Sequence record: MW812341.1
DNA: 64,000 bases
Reading direction: 5' to 3' (one strand)
The translations under genes and the position numbers were made by a program. The notes under the pieces were generated by a model. The model saw only the letters and a program-made list of their open reading frames with translations, searched no databases and was not told where the DNA came from. Positions 20,047-28,565 of the stretch are shown piece after piece (the stretch's first letter is position 1; each line of letters begins with the position of its first letter).

Positions 20047-20369
20047 CAGAAATGCCCCTTCCCGCCGCTGGCAATGTAAATAGCACATTCCCGTATAGCG
20101 CGTTCTAATCCACAGACCACCAGTACAACACCACCTATCGTGCGAGGGGCTCTAAAAGCCTCGTATTCGCGTCCTGGCGTGCGTACCACATACTCGCTAC
20201 CTAACAGTGCGATTTGGTAATGCTCGCCCCGTAGAGGAACGAGCGTCATCAGAATCGCATCGGCGTTGGCATCGGTATCTTGCACACGTTCCCCACGTTG
20301 TAGTGACTCCAGAACTTCCTGGGGTGACTTACCCGTGAGATCAGTGTAGAGATTCACCAATTCGCCCAT
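20046..20369 (-). CDS. Hypothetical protein
   Basis: ORF in coupled operon, GGAG RBS. Confidence 0.75.
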   Translation of the reverse strand: MGELVNLYTDLTGKSPQEVLESLQRGERVQDTDANADAILMTLVPLRGEHYQIALLGSEYVVRTPGREYEAFRAPRTIGGVVLVVCGLERAIRECAIYIASGGKGHF

Positions 20370-20372
20370 CGA

Positions 20373-20732
20373 CTACTCCTTCGCTTTGAGGAACACCAGC
20401 GGTGCCATTGGTTCGTCGGTATTACGTGGGTTGATACCTAACGAACACGACAGTTCATCAGCAAACTTCTCTGCCCACGCTTCGTGGTTACGCAGAAGCT
20501 CACCGATACGATCGAAAGCTTCGTGACCTGGATTATTCAGAACATAACTTTGCAGGTCATGGAATTCCTGAATGAGTTCTTTGTTACGGGCAATACCGTG
20601 ACGAATCATGGTCACCGCCATAAACCGAGCGCCCTCAGTCTTTGCTTGGAGCGCAGTCAATTGATGGACTTTCATGTGTTCGATAGCGAGCGCCAAATCC
20701 AGGTTATCAGCGCTAAGTTCTTTATTTGACAT
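20373..20732 (-). CDS. Hypothetical protein
   Basis: ORF in coupled operon. Confidence 0.75.
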   Translation of the reverse strand: MSNKELSADNLDLALAIEHMKVHQLTALQAKTEGARFMAVTMIRHGIARNKELIQEFHDLQSYVLNNPGHEAFDRIGELLRNHEAWAEKFADELSCSLGINPRNTDEPMAPLVFLKAKE

Positions 20733-21030
20733 TAAATTGTTCCTTGTGTCTATTAATGGTGTTCATTGCGATATAGCCAATATCACAAGCATCCCGGTTG
20801 ACTTTACGAAGACGTTCGATCTCTTCATGTAATGCCTCCGGTTTCTGATAGTGGCCGAGGTAATTAATCAGGTCGCCCTGATGCCGGTTCTTTATCACTA
20901 AAGACCGTATAAGCGCGTTACTCGTTTCTAGCGCCTGCTTCAACTCGCGGTGTTCTCTAAGAAACATTTGGTTTTCATCGAGCAACTGCCGTTGGCGTTT
21001 GTTAATAAGCGAGATTATCCAGTTCAGCAC
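20722..21030 (-). CDS. Hypothetical coiled-coil protein
   Basis: ORF in coupled operon, heptad-like. Confidence 0.7.
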   Translation of the reverse strand: MLNWIISLINKRQRQLLDENQMFLREHRELKQALETSNALIRSLVIKNRHQGDLINYLGHYQKPEALHEEIERLRKVNRDACDIGYIAMNTINRHKEQFNVK

Positions 21031-21032
21031 GA

Positions 21033-21317
21033 TTACACCTTATCAATATTGAAGATGACGCGGAAGTTATGCATCTCCTTCATGACGTTTATTGCACCGA
21101 CGGTATTCTTTTTGATGTTGCCAGCCAGAAGTCGCATTTCAGGATCGGACGATTCTTCCATCCGATTCACCAAATCAACCAGAACCCCGGCATGTCCATC
21201 TGCTATCGTTTCCAAAGAATCGATATGCTTAATGGCTGTTTGCAGCCGCAGACTTAAATCCATTTCATCAATGACTTTCTGCGGTTGGAAGATATGCTTT
21301 AACAGTTTCTTAATCAT
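21033..21317 (-). CDS. Hypothetical helical protein
   Basis: ORF in coupled operon, GGAGGT RBS. Confidence 0.75.
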   Translation of the reverse strand: MIKKLLKHIFQPQKVIDEMDLSLRLQTAIKHIDSLETIADGHAGVLVDLVNRMEESSDPEMRLLAGNIKKNTVGAINVMKEMHNFRVIFNIDKV

Positions 21318-21666
21318 TAGAAACCTCCGGGGGATTAATGTCGTATTTCGCGCAGAATGTCTTTAGCAGAGCGCGAGACCTGTTTCTCCGTTGGCGTACT
21401 GCACGCGCATAGAGGAGCAGATTATTCACCATGATCTTACGGGCTTTAGGCCAGCGAATAACCGTTGCGGCGATACCCGCATGCTTCACCGCGCGACTAT
21501 CAGCCTGCTCTGAACGTTTCAACGCATCATGAGTTAATCGGATGAGAGAACGACGCTCACTCTGGAGTTCCGCTATCTGACGCTCCAGCTGTTCGTACGT
21601 TGGCTTTAAAGGCAGCCCGAAATACTTACGTATACGGTCGTTTACAACACGTAAAGAGACTGCCAT
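21310..21666 (-). CDS. Hypothetical basic coiled-coil protein
   Basis: ORF in coupled operon. Confidence 0.75.
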   Translation of the reverse strand: MAVSLRVVNDRIRKYFGLPLKPTYEQLERQIAELQSERRSLIRLTHDALKRSEQADSRAVKHAGIAATVIRWPKARKIMVNNLLLYARAVRQRRNRSRALLKTFCAKYDINPPEVSND

Positions 21667-21668
21667 GA

Positions 21669-22196
21669 TTATCTCCGATGCAGGTAAACGACGTTACGGT
21701 TATGGAACGGCCCTGCTGTCCAGGATAAACGCCAATAGACGTGTTTCTTATCCGGTGAGTCCACTTCAATGGCCTTGAGTTTACCCGAGTCCATCAGCAG
21801 CTCAAGAATCATCATCAGTTCCTGACGCGGCCTGTCCCAGATAATGCGGAGGTGCTCGTCTAAACGGTCCGGGTGCGCAATCGGCATGATGGTTACTGGC
21901 TCATCCGGGTTGTCTGCAAGATGCAGACGGTCTGGTGTGCGTGGTACGTACCACGTCCAACCTTCCAGACGTTTGCAGGTGTTATACTCTGCCAGCGCCA
22001 TTAGTGAGCCGTGAACCAGCAAAGCTTCACGATACCAGTCATCCCAGTTTTCCTCTGGGTAACGTTTCGCAATCACTTCTTTAATAGGTTCGATGGTTAA
22101 TGCTTCGGCCTGAGCGTTATTGGCAATGCTCAAACCCTGTGTTAAACATTTAGTCAAGAAGCCGCGTTCGCGCTTCGTAAAGAAACTCATGTGCAT
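21669..22196 (-). CDS. Hypothetical protein
   Basis: 175-aa ORF, AGGAG RBS. Confidence 0.8.
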   Translation of the reverse strand: MHMSFFTKRERGFLTKCLTQGLSIANNAQAEALTIEPIKEVIAKRYPEENWDDWYREALLVHGSLMALAEYNTCKRLEGWTWYVPRTPDRLHLADNPDEPVTIMPIAHPDRLDEHLRIIWDRPRQELMMILELLMDSGKLKAIEVDSPDKKHVYWRLSWTAGPFHNRNVVYLHRR

Positions 22197-22216
22197 TTGA
22201 TTCTCCTGATGGGGTA

Positions 22217-23116
22217 CTACTTCTTGCGGGGCTTCAACACAATCTCGTTTTCGTAGCGCTTAGCGCAGATGTCGAGTACCGTGTGAACCACGTTGTTTTG
22301 GATACCGGTCTTGACCAAGTCAATAACCAGCTGATGTTTTTCTTTCTTGAGACTGTCAATCTCAACGAACAGTTGACCTTTGCCTTCGAGGTGGTAACTG
22401 CAACCGCGTTCACCCTTACCTTTCAGACGGGCAACAATCATGCGCATGGCACGGTCTTCAATCTCATGGCATACAGCATGAAGTGTGACACGGTAGACAC
22501 CTTCACCGTTGTACTCCACAACGACCTCTGTCGCAGTTGGAATCAAATCCATATCCGCTTGATCGAGAACTTCGTTGTTACCAGTGTTCCAGCGGTCTAA
22601 CACCCAGGCCAATTCTAACTTCATTGCTTCGGGTAGATTGGATGTGCTGGTTAGGAAGATATCACCGAGATCGCTCGGGCTATCGCATCCTGAAATCTCA
22701 GGTTCCCGTGGGTTAGCAAAAGCGTCTTGTTTCTGTAATAACAACGAACGTTTCGAAACACCGAACTCGCCATCTTCTTTCGCTAACTTGTACATCATTG
22801 GAGTCGGCGTGTAGGTACCACGTACGCCGTTCTTGTACTCCTCGTACATGTCACTCAGGAGCTTGATGATTTTCTTGGCTTCCGGGTCATCCTTCTTGAG
22901 ACGTGACAACGCCATATAGGCGTACAGACCCATGTCAGAGACGAAGCTAACTGCGTCGTTGCTAATTGGAATGATACCGATGGTGATGCGATGGTGCTTA
23001 CGAAATGCCATGGTATACGCTTTACGCAGCATAGCCAGTGTCGCATTCACGATAGGGTCACGAACCGGCATATGTTCTTCGAACAACGGAACGATAACTA
23101 ATGGTTCTTTATTCAC
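22217..23116 (-). CDS. Hypothetical protein, paralog of 23937..24836
   Basis: AYMALSRLKKDDPEAKKI matches SYLALNRLPEDDVEAHHI; both 299 aa. Confidence 0.8.
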   Translation of the reverse strand: MNKEPLVIVPLFEEHMPVRDPIVNATLAMLRKAYTMAFRKHHRITIGIIPISNDAVSFVSDMGLYAYMALSRLKKDDPEAKKIIKLLSDMYEEYKNGVRGTYTPTPMMYKLAKEDGEFGVSKRSLLLQKQDAFANPREPEISGCDSPSDLGDIFLTSTSNLPEAMKLELAWVLDRWNTGNNEVLDQADMDLIPTATEVVVEYNGEGVYRVTLHAVCHEIEDRAMRMIVARLKGKGERGCSYHLEGKGQLFVEIDSLKKEKHQLVIDLVKTGIQNNVVHTVLDICAKRYENEIVLKPRKK

Positions 23117-23139
23117 GATGATTATCCTTCTGGGGTATT

Positions 23140-23529
23140 TTAGTTAAGGGTGTCGTAGACGTTTTTCAATGCGGCAACATTCAACATGGCTAACGTCGGG
23201 GAGAACTCAATAGATGTTCCGGTTGGAATAACATGCGTGAATACATCATGCCACACGTTAATCATCCCAATGTGCTTACAGGTTTCCAGTTCGGTTACTT
23301 GCGGGTCTAAACAACCTGCCAGCGTTAAGCGGTACTGGGCAATCATGCGGTTACGCACAACTTCATCCAGATTAGCATGACGGAAGAAACCAATCGGACG
23401 TTCTACGATTTCCGTGTTGGTGTAACCTTGCTCCCGTAAACGGGCTTGTACTGCACAAACCGATGAATAGAAGTCCGGGTCTGCGGCGGGGAAAACTAAC
23501 TTTACTTTCACAGTGTAGTCGATGGTCAT
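23140..23529 (-). CDS. Hypothetical protein
   Basis: 129-aa ORF, GAGGGA RBS. Confidence 0.75.
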   Translation of the reverse strand: MTIDYTVKVKLVFPAADPDFYSSVCAVQARLREQGYTNTEIVERPIGFFRHANLDEVVRNRMIAQYRLTLAGCLDPQVTELETCKHIGMINVWHDVFTHVIPTGTSIEFSPTLAMLNVAALKNVYDTLN

Positions 23530-23531
23530 GA

Positions 23532-23927
23532 TTATCCCTCTGGGTGTACTAATTGCGCCTGTCTATAAATGCGGAAGTCTTTCTCGGCCCAACCACGAAT
23601 TTCATCATCAACTGGAAGGTCATAACCGCTTGACCCATCCCAGTTAACAAATGCTTCGTCGTAGAACCCCTGTGTACAGGCATCAGGGAAACTGTCCTGT
23701 AAGACCATCAACATATAAGCCCAGCGTTGCCACTCGTGGTCACTGATAGCGTTCTCGCCACAGTGATAGTAGATGTACGAATGACTTAACATTAACTTAC
23801 GGAAACGGGCAATACAGTTTTCTGGACTGTACTTACCCGTCGGTTCGACCATGGATTGTAACGTGGACATAATCTCCACGTTAGTTCCATTGCGGCCTTC
23901 TTTAATGACCAGTGTCATCTTAGCCAT
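23532..23927 (-). CDS. Stand-alone NAD-dependent DNA ligase subdomain Ia-like (Nlig-Ia) protein
   Basis: HSYIYY..ENAISDHEWQRW..L..L pattern matches LigA N-terminal YY..D.P.ISD.EYD motif; no adenylation KxDG domain. Confidence 0.65.
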   Translation of the reverse strand: MAKMTLVIKEGRNGTNVEIMSTLQSMVEPTGKYSPENCIARFRKLMLSHSYIYYHCGENAISDHEWQRWAYMLMVLQDSFPDACTQGFYDEAFVNWDGSSGYDLPVDDEIRGWAEKDFRIYRQAQLVHPEG

Positions 23928-23936
23928 GGTGCTACC

Positions 23937-24836
23937 TTAACGAATAAAGCCGTCAGGCGTAGAGTTCAGACCGGCCAACACTTCGGTCAACTCTTCTTCA
24001 ATACGGTTACGCCAATCCTGCGCATGACGAAGTTCATCTTTCGGTGTACAGGTGGAAATCAGAACAAAGACATCTTCTTCCCAATGATAACCGGCAGCTA
24101 CCTTGCGCTCCAGCATACGCTCTTTGATGAGTTCTTTGCCTAGTACAGGGATAGGCTGGTCGAACGTAAAGGTGCAACGAATACGATCGAAGTCCATGGT
24201 GTGTTCAGCAGGAATACGTTGTGCGCCAATGTGAACAATCTTCACTGGCTTTTCAAACGTCGTTATGCGGCTGATTGGTGTAGTGAGTGTGATATCGAAC
24301 GGCAAGACGGACAACGCACGTTCTAGCTCTTGCATCGGCACCAGACCAATTTCACGACTGACATCCAGACGGAACTTCAAACGCATGGCGTTCTGTGCCG
24401 CATTTTCTGCTTCTACGAATTTCGCGTTCAAGTCGACTGGAGATGAATCCGAAGCGAAGGTTTCACGCGGTAGCGCATCATCAGGATGAACCTTACCGGC
24501 TAACACATCTGCTTCCCAGTCTTCCAGCTTGTCACAAATCAACATAGTGGTAGAGGCTTCCAGCGGATGGAATGGAATCTCGCTGTTGAACATATCGACC
24601 GCTTTGGTCAGCATATTCTTGATGTGGTGCGCTTCCACATCGTCTTCCGGTAAACGATTCAACGCCAGATAAGAGTTACGAAGGAAGCGGTTCCAATCGA
24701 ACCTCGGATGCATACTGACATTGATGCAGCAAATCAAATCGATGGAGTGCTTCAGTTGAGTGATTTCAGCCAGCTTGTTAATGCGAGAGGCGGTGGAAAG
24801 CAGATGACCCGGATGATGAATAGGGGCTTTAAACAT
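23937..24836 (-). CDS. Hypothetical protein, paralog of 22217..23116
   Basis: Shared Y.AL.RL..DD.EA..I motif; AAGGAG RBS. Confidence 0.8.
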   Translation of the reverse strand: MFKAPIHHPGHLLSTASRINKLAEITQLKHSIDLICCINVSMHPRFDWNRFLRNSYLALNRLPEDDVEAHHIKNMLTKAVDMFNSEIPFHPLEASTTMLICDKLEDWEADVLAGKVHPDDALPRETFASDSSPVDLNAKFVEAENAAQNAMRLKFRLDVSREIGLVPMQELERALSVLPFDITLTTPISRITTFEKPVKIVHIGAQRIPAEHTMDFDRIRCTFTFDQPIPVLGKELIKERMLERKVAAGYHWEEDVFVLISTCTPKDELRHAQDWRNRIEEELTEVLAGLNSTPDGFIR

Positions 24837-24848
24837 GATAATACTCCT

Positions 24849-25262
24849 TTAGGTAATTTCACCCATCAAGACAATTTCGACACCATAACGTTCGCCGAGA
24901 GCTTGGAAGGTTTGGATAAGTAAATGACGGTGACAGAATTTGCCAGCCGGACAGAAACACATCAGGGCAATACGCCCAGCGTACAACAGCTCTAATAGAA
25001 CATCGGGTTCCGTTCGAAAGAGCTGCTTAATCTTCGCGCGGTACTTACGGGTATACACAGCCTCGGCCTCGGCGTCCTTATTGGAACTTTTATATTCCAT
25101 CAAGAAGTCCCAGGTCGGGGCTAATAATTTATTACCCGTCTTGACAGTGATATCAACCAGCCGGACTGACGGATGAATCTCCCACACTTTCCGCCACTTT
25201 GCCATCTGCACTGTCCAGATTTCCAGACGCGGCTTGGGCAGCGAGTCGCTCTTTTTCATCAC
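24849..25262 (-). CDS. DUF488-family protein
   Basis: LAPTWDFLMEYK..Y..Y and IALMCFCPAGKFCHRHLL motifs; GAGGGAG RBS; overlaps upstream gene by 110 nt. Confidence 0.65.
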   Translation of the reverse strand: MMKKSDSLPKPRLEIWTVQMAKWRKVWEIHPSVRLVDITVKTGNKLLAPTWDFLMEYKSSNKDAEAEAVYTRKYRAKIKQLFRTEPDVLLELLYAGRIALMCFCPAGKFCHRHLLIQTFQALGERYGVEIVLMGEIT

Positions 25263-26205
25263 GCTCCCTCAGATATTTTTTCAGCCGTGGGCGATAGTCT
25301 GCCCACTCTTCACGACTGTAAGCCTTAATGGACAGCGGCTCAGACTTCTCATTAAGAGATAACGCGCCAACCCAACCTTCCTTAACTTTAAACGCTTCGG
25401 GTGCTCTCATGATGCTATTTGGAACCCCTGGCCCCACACTGTCTTGCGGACAGGTGCTTTTCTGAATTCGATTCCAATAGGCTTCGTTGGTATTGATTCG
25501 CCAAGCGACAGACAATTCAATTCCCTTTTCACGGTAGCGAATATGTTTCGCTGAATTATCCAAGTTAATCTCGACGTAGAACATATCGAGTTCAGGGCAG
25601 TCGATAAACTCAATTGAATAATGAGAAGCCACCGTGACCAATTCACGAATATCTGCGGGTAGTTCTTTCCACATTTCGATTTTGGTTTTATCCCATGCTG
25701 GCGTTATCAGCGGATGCACACGTTGAGCATGGTCCTGGAAATAAATAAGACTTTCGTACATCTCACGCAAACGGACATAGTCGGCTTCACTGTATTCCCC
25801 GCGCGCAAAGTTACGTTCGATGCAATCACCTTTGTTCCACCCCACGTACGCAGTAATGGCATCGGAACCACGGCACAGTTCCTCGTTCATTACACTCGCC
25901 AAGGATAAGATAACGTTACCCTGCTGTACAAGACGGGCGGTGTAGTTACCGCGAATGTGATTGAAGATATTTGAGGCCGGTGTCCGCCAAGTCAGTTCAC
26001 GCTTATAGACTTCAGACTTCTTCAACATACGGAGCGCAGACTCACTACTCAGTAAATATTCTAAGAAGGCTGCGCGATACCCCTGATTGAAATCGAGATA
26101 TACCGGAAAGATAAATTCCGCTGGCATATCGTCCGACAAGTTCAACAACGTATTCATTACCCAGGTAGAATCTAAACCGCCGGTTAATGTCACAACTCTT
26201 CCCAT
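25153..26205 (-). CDS. QueC-like PP-loop ATP pyrophosphatase
   Basis: VVTLTGGLDST (SGGLDS-type PP-loop), YLDFNQG, PAWDKTKIEMW; lacks the QueC C-terminal Cys cluster. Confidence 0.6.
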   Translation of the reverse strand: MGRVVTLTGGLDSTWVMNTLLNLSDDMPAEFIFPVYLDFNQGYRAAFLEYLLSSESALRMLKKSEVYKRELTWRTPASNIFNHIRGNYTARLVQQGNVILSLASVMNEELCRGSDAITAYVGWNKGDCIERNFARGEYSEADYVRLREMYESLIYFQDHAQRVHPLITPAWDKTKIEMWKELPADIRELVTVASHYSIEFIDCPELDMFYVEINLDNSAKHIRYREKGIELSVAWRINTNEAYWNRIQKSTCPQDSVGPGVPNSIMRAPEAFKVKEGWVGALSLNEKSEPLSIKAYSREEWADYRPRLKKYLRERDEKERLAAQAASGNLDSADGKVAESVGDSSVSPAG

Positions 26206-26230
26206 TATTTAATACTCCGTAGTGGTTAAC

Positions 26231-26428
26231 TTACAATTGCCAGATGTGTCGAAGTGACCAGGTTAATAAACCGGCACCGATAATGAAGGCGATAATCACG
26301 CCGATGAGTTTCTGTTTCCCATCAACGCCCAAACGTTTACGCTTCTTCCAACAGTCTTGAAGCTGTGCTCCTTTTATCCCAGTGAATAACGCTGAGATAA
26401 TCAATACGACCCAATAGACCGCGACCAT
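26231..26428 (-). CDS. Small membrane protein, 2 TM (start MVAVYW)
   Basis: Two hydrophobic stretches around a KKRKR loop; AAGGGA RBS; downstream of early motif. Confidence 0.7.
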   Translation of the reverse strand: MVAVYWVVLIISALFTGIKGAQLQDCWKKRKRLGVDGKQKLIGVIIAFIIGAGLLTWSLRHIWQL

Positions 26429-26463
26429 AATCTTCCCTTTCGAAAAAAAGAAATAACCGAAGC

Positions 26464-26490
26464 TCATCAAGATAATATCTATCTGAGCTT
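26464..26490 (-). promoter_or_regulatory. Putative early promoter
   Basis: Minus strand AAGCTCAGATAGATATTATCTTGATGA. Confidence 0.65.
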
Positions 26491-26497
26491 CTTTTAG

Positions 26498-26698
26498 TTA
26501 GAACAAGGTTTGTAATGGCGCGAGCTTAATGAATGCCCATTTGTGGATGTTCCACGCGATTATCGCGAAAACGAACGCCACAAACATCCCCATCAAGTCA
26601 CCCTTGAACAAATCCTTTACACCATCGATGACGCAATGGATAAGGTAATACCCGGCCAGTACCATCATTACCCAGTAGAACAGTTCTGATATGCTCAT
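26498..26698 (-). CDS. Small membrane protein, 2 TM (start MSISEL)
   Basis: Hydrophobic segments; ATGA overlap with upstream stop. Confidence 0.7.
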   Translation of the reverse strand: MSISELFYWVMMVLAGYYLIHCVIDGVKDLFKGDLMGMFVAFVFAIIAWNIHKWAFIKLAPLQTLF

Positions 26699-27168
26699 TC
26701 CGGTAACAAGTCCCAACAGATAACTTTATCAATCGCACCACCCGGCGTAGCCAGTGCACGCATCCCGAACGTAACGTTTTGATTACGACCATCCATCAAC
26801 TCGTTCACCGTACGGGCGTGTGGGCCAAACGGACGCAGCTCTGCCTTTACCGTCCCCTTCATCTTATCGTGACGAATGTTCTCGATAGACGCACACACGT
26901 TCTTTTGGTCAATGGTGCAGACCGCAGGAGCGTATTTATCGTCAGCCATCGGGATTTGGAAACGGTAGTCGTGATACGGATCAACTTCGCACAGAACACG
27001 AGGTTGGCGCACGATACCACGAATCAAATGTGCAATATCGCCGGTGTACTGGCGACCGTCTGTCGTCATGCGGGATGTGTCCAGCAACACAACACTGTAG
27101 AACTTACCGTTGTTGTCTTCGCCTTGTCCCGTGATTTGTAATCCGCGCAAGTCGTTATTCTTTTCCAT
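26695..27168 (-). CDS. Degenerate prohead protease (T4 gp21/phiKZ gp175-like) paralog, probably inactive
   Basis: VLCEVDP..IDQKNVCASI..V.AELRPFGP..NVTFGMRA..ICWD follows the GE..HP..VSH..GP.G..V.FS.R..TWD scaffold; start MEKNND. Confidence 0.55.
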   Translation of the reverse strand: MEKNNDLRGLQITGQGEDNNGKFYSVVLLDTSRMTTDGRQYTGDIAHLIRGIVRQPRVLCEVDPYHDYRFQIPMADDKYAPAVCTIDQKNVCASIENIRHDKMKGTVKAELRPFGPHARTVNELMDGRNQNVTFGMRALATPGGAIDKVICWDLLPE

Positions 27169-27193
27169 GTTACTGTTTTCCAATGTTGTTAAA

Positions 27194-27544
27194 CTAACGA
27201 AAGATGCTGTAGTCGCGTTCTTGATAAGCAATCGGTACTTCCCCACGAGGGATATGGCACCACGCGTCGATATCTTCTGCAAAGAAACTATCCGGGCCGA
27301 ATTGATTCCACGCATATCCCTTTGTGTTATTACCCCATTCATCGCCGAAGGAAATGACACCTTTACGTGGGTCGTTAACCGGCAAGGCATCGCGCTCAGC
27401 TTGAGATAAACCACGGACGAGTTTAACCACCACCCACTCACAACCCTCCTGGTCAGTATCGACCCAAGTCCCGCGAGTATGATGCGCTAACACGTACGTC
27501 CCTTCATCAGGGAGTTCACCCTTTCCAGGATAGAAGATTTCCAT
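27194..27544 (-). CDS. Conserved phage hypothetical protein (start MEIFYP)
   Basis: DEWGNNTKGYAWNQFGPDSFF..W motif; GGGGGT RBS. Confidence 0.75.
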   Translation of the reverse strand: MEIFYPGKGELPDEGTYVLAHHTRGTWVDTDQEGCEWVVVKLVRGLSQAERDALPVNDPRKGVISFGDEWGNNTKGYAWNQFGPDSFFAEDIDAWCHIPRGEVPIAYQERDYSIFR

Positions 27545-27548
27545 GCTA

Positions 27549-28565
27549 CTACCCCCCAAGTTTTTCTAAGTGAGCGATACCATCGGCAAGGGCAGTTGAT
27601 AGTGCACGATCTTTACCGATGAAGTTTTCAGACTGGGCAGCCGAGCTGATGCGTACATACCAGGTATCTGACACGTCATTGTAGTTAAGGCTGAAACCGA
27701 CCTCACGCTGTTTACAAAGCGCTTTCAGTCGTGTCATGTCACCGATGAACAGAACGTGGGACATGTCATTATAGAAGCGGCTACCCACATCGTCCTCCGT
27801 GATACCCAGATGGTCGAATGCTTCTTCAACCGTATTAGATAAGGAACAATCGCCCGTCCTGAACCAATGCTCATGCTCCATTGGACGAATGCTGAAGTTC
27901 CACATATCGTCGCCTTCTTCGTAATTCAAAGAATAGTCCAGACCATCTTCTTTGCAGCGCTCATGGATTAAACCGTGCGCTTTTACGAAGTCTGGGTGGG
28001 TTGGTGTGTTATACGCAGTTTGACGTTCACGTCCCACTAACTCCCAGTTATCCGGCAGCACCACATCCCAACCTGGCACGCCGGTAATCTTACCTTGCTC
28101 GTCAGTAAGTACCCGTGCTCGCAAAGTGATGTGTGGCACCACCTTCATGTAACGGCGTAACTTCTCGCCCTTTGGCCCAGTAGGGAAGAAATAGGTTTCG
28201 AGTATCACCTCATCGGTAAGCGCATGGAGATGCCCGTCGCGCAGCGCGCCACAAACATCATGTTCGTCGACGCGACGGTAGCTTTGAAGCGCCATCGGAT
28301 TGGTGAAGGGTGCTGTACCTTTCACGGGACTCGCGGTGACCATCGCCGCCGCATTTATCCAACGATGGAAAACCTTTCCGATATCAGCATCCGCTGCGAA
28401 CAAGCCATTGGCTGCTTTGAAAGCCAACCCGCGACCATACACCGTTTCTGTTTTCGTGGAAGTAGCACCGTTGGTGTGTTCTTTCACTTCAACCACTACA
28501 TCAAAAACGTAATCAATCACTAATTCTGCGGAGGGTTGCTCCGGTAACATCGTATCCGTGTTCAA
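27549..28565 (-). CDS. Hypothetical protein with duplicated C-terminal ~60-aa domain
   Basis: CKEDGLDYSLNY..W.FSI versus CKQREVGFSLNY..W.VRI. Confidence 0.75.
   Translation of the reverse strand: MNTDTMLPEQPSAELVIDYVFDVVVEVKEHTNGATSTKTETVYGRGLAFKAANGLFAADADIGKVFHRWINAAAMVTASPVKGTAPFTNPMALQSYRRVDEHDVCGALRDGHLHALTDEVILETYFFPTGPKGEKLRRYMKVVPHITLRARVLTDEQGKITGVPGWDVVLPDNWELVGRERQTAYNTPTHPDFVKAHGLIHERCKEDGLDYSLNYEEGDDMWNFSIRPMEHEHWFRTGDCSLSNTVEEAFDHLGITEDDVGSRFYNDMSHVLFIGDMTRLKALCKQREVGFSLNYNDVSDTWYVRISSAAQSENFIGKDRALSTALADGIAHLEKLGG

Noticed and set aside
23140-23529. Possible nucleoside deoxyribosyltransferase/DUF4406-like fold (PTGTSIE)
   Set aside because: Only one short motif; insufficient without a profile search.
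23532-23927. NAD-dependent DNA ligase, intact or pseudogene
   Set aside because: No KxDG adenylation domain in adjacent frames; neighbours are intact unrelated ORFs, so a stand-alone domain is more likely.
25153-26205. Canonical queC / 7-deazaguanine DNA modification cluster
   Set aside because: Zn-binding Cys motif missing, and no folE, queD, queE or dpdA in the window.
26695-27441. 248-aa version of the protease-like ORF, and other extended starts (18478, 20088, 26470, 34227, 46015, 46326, 48198, 57885, 62474)
   Set aside because: Extensions overlap neighbouring genes or promoter motifs; downstream ATGs have better RBSs or coupling.
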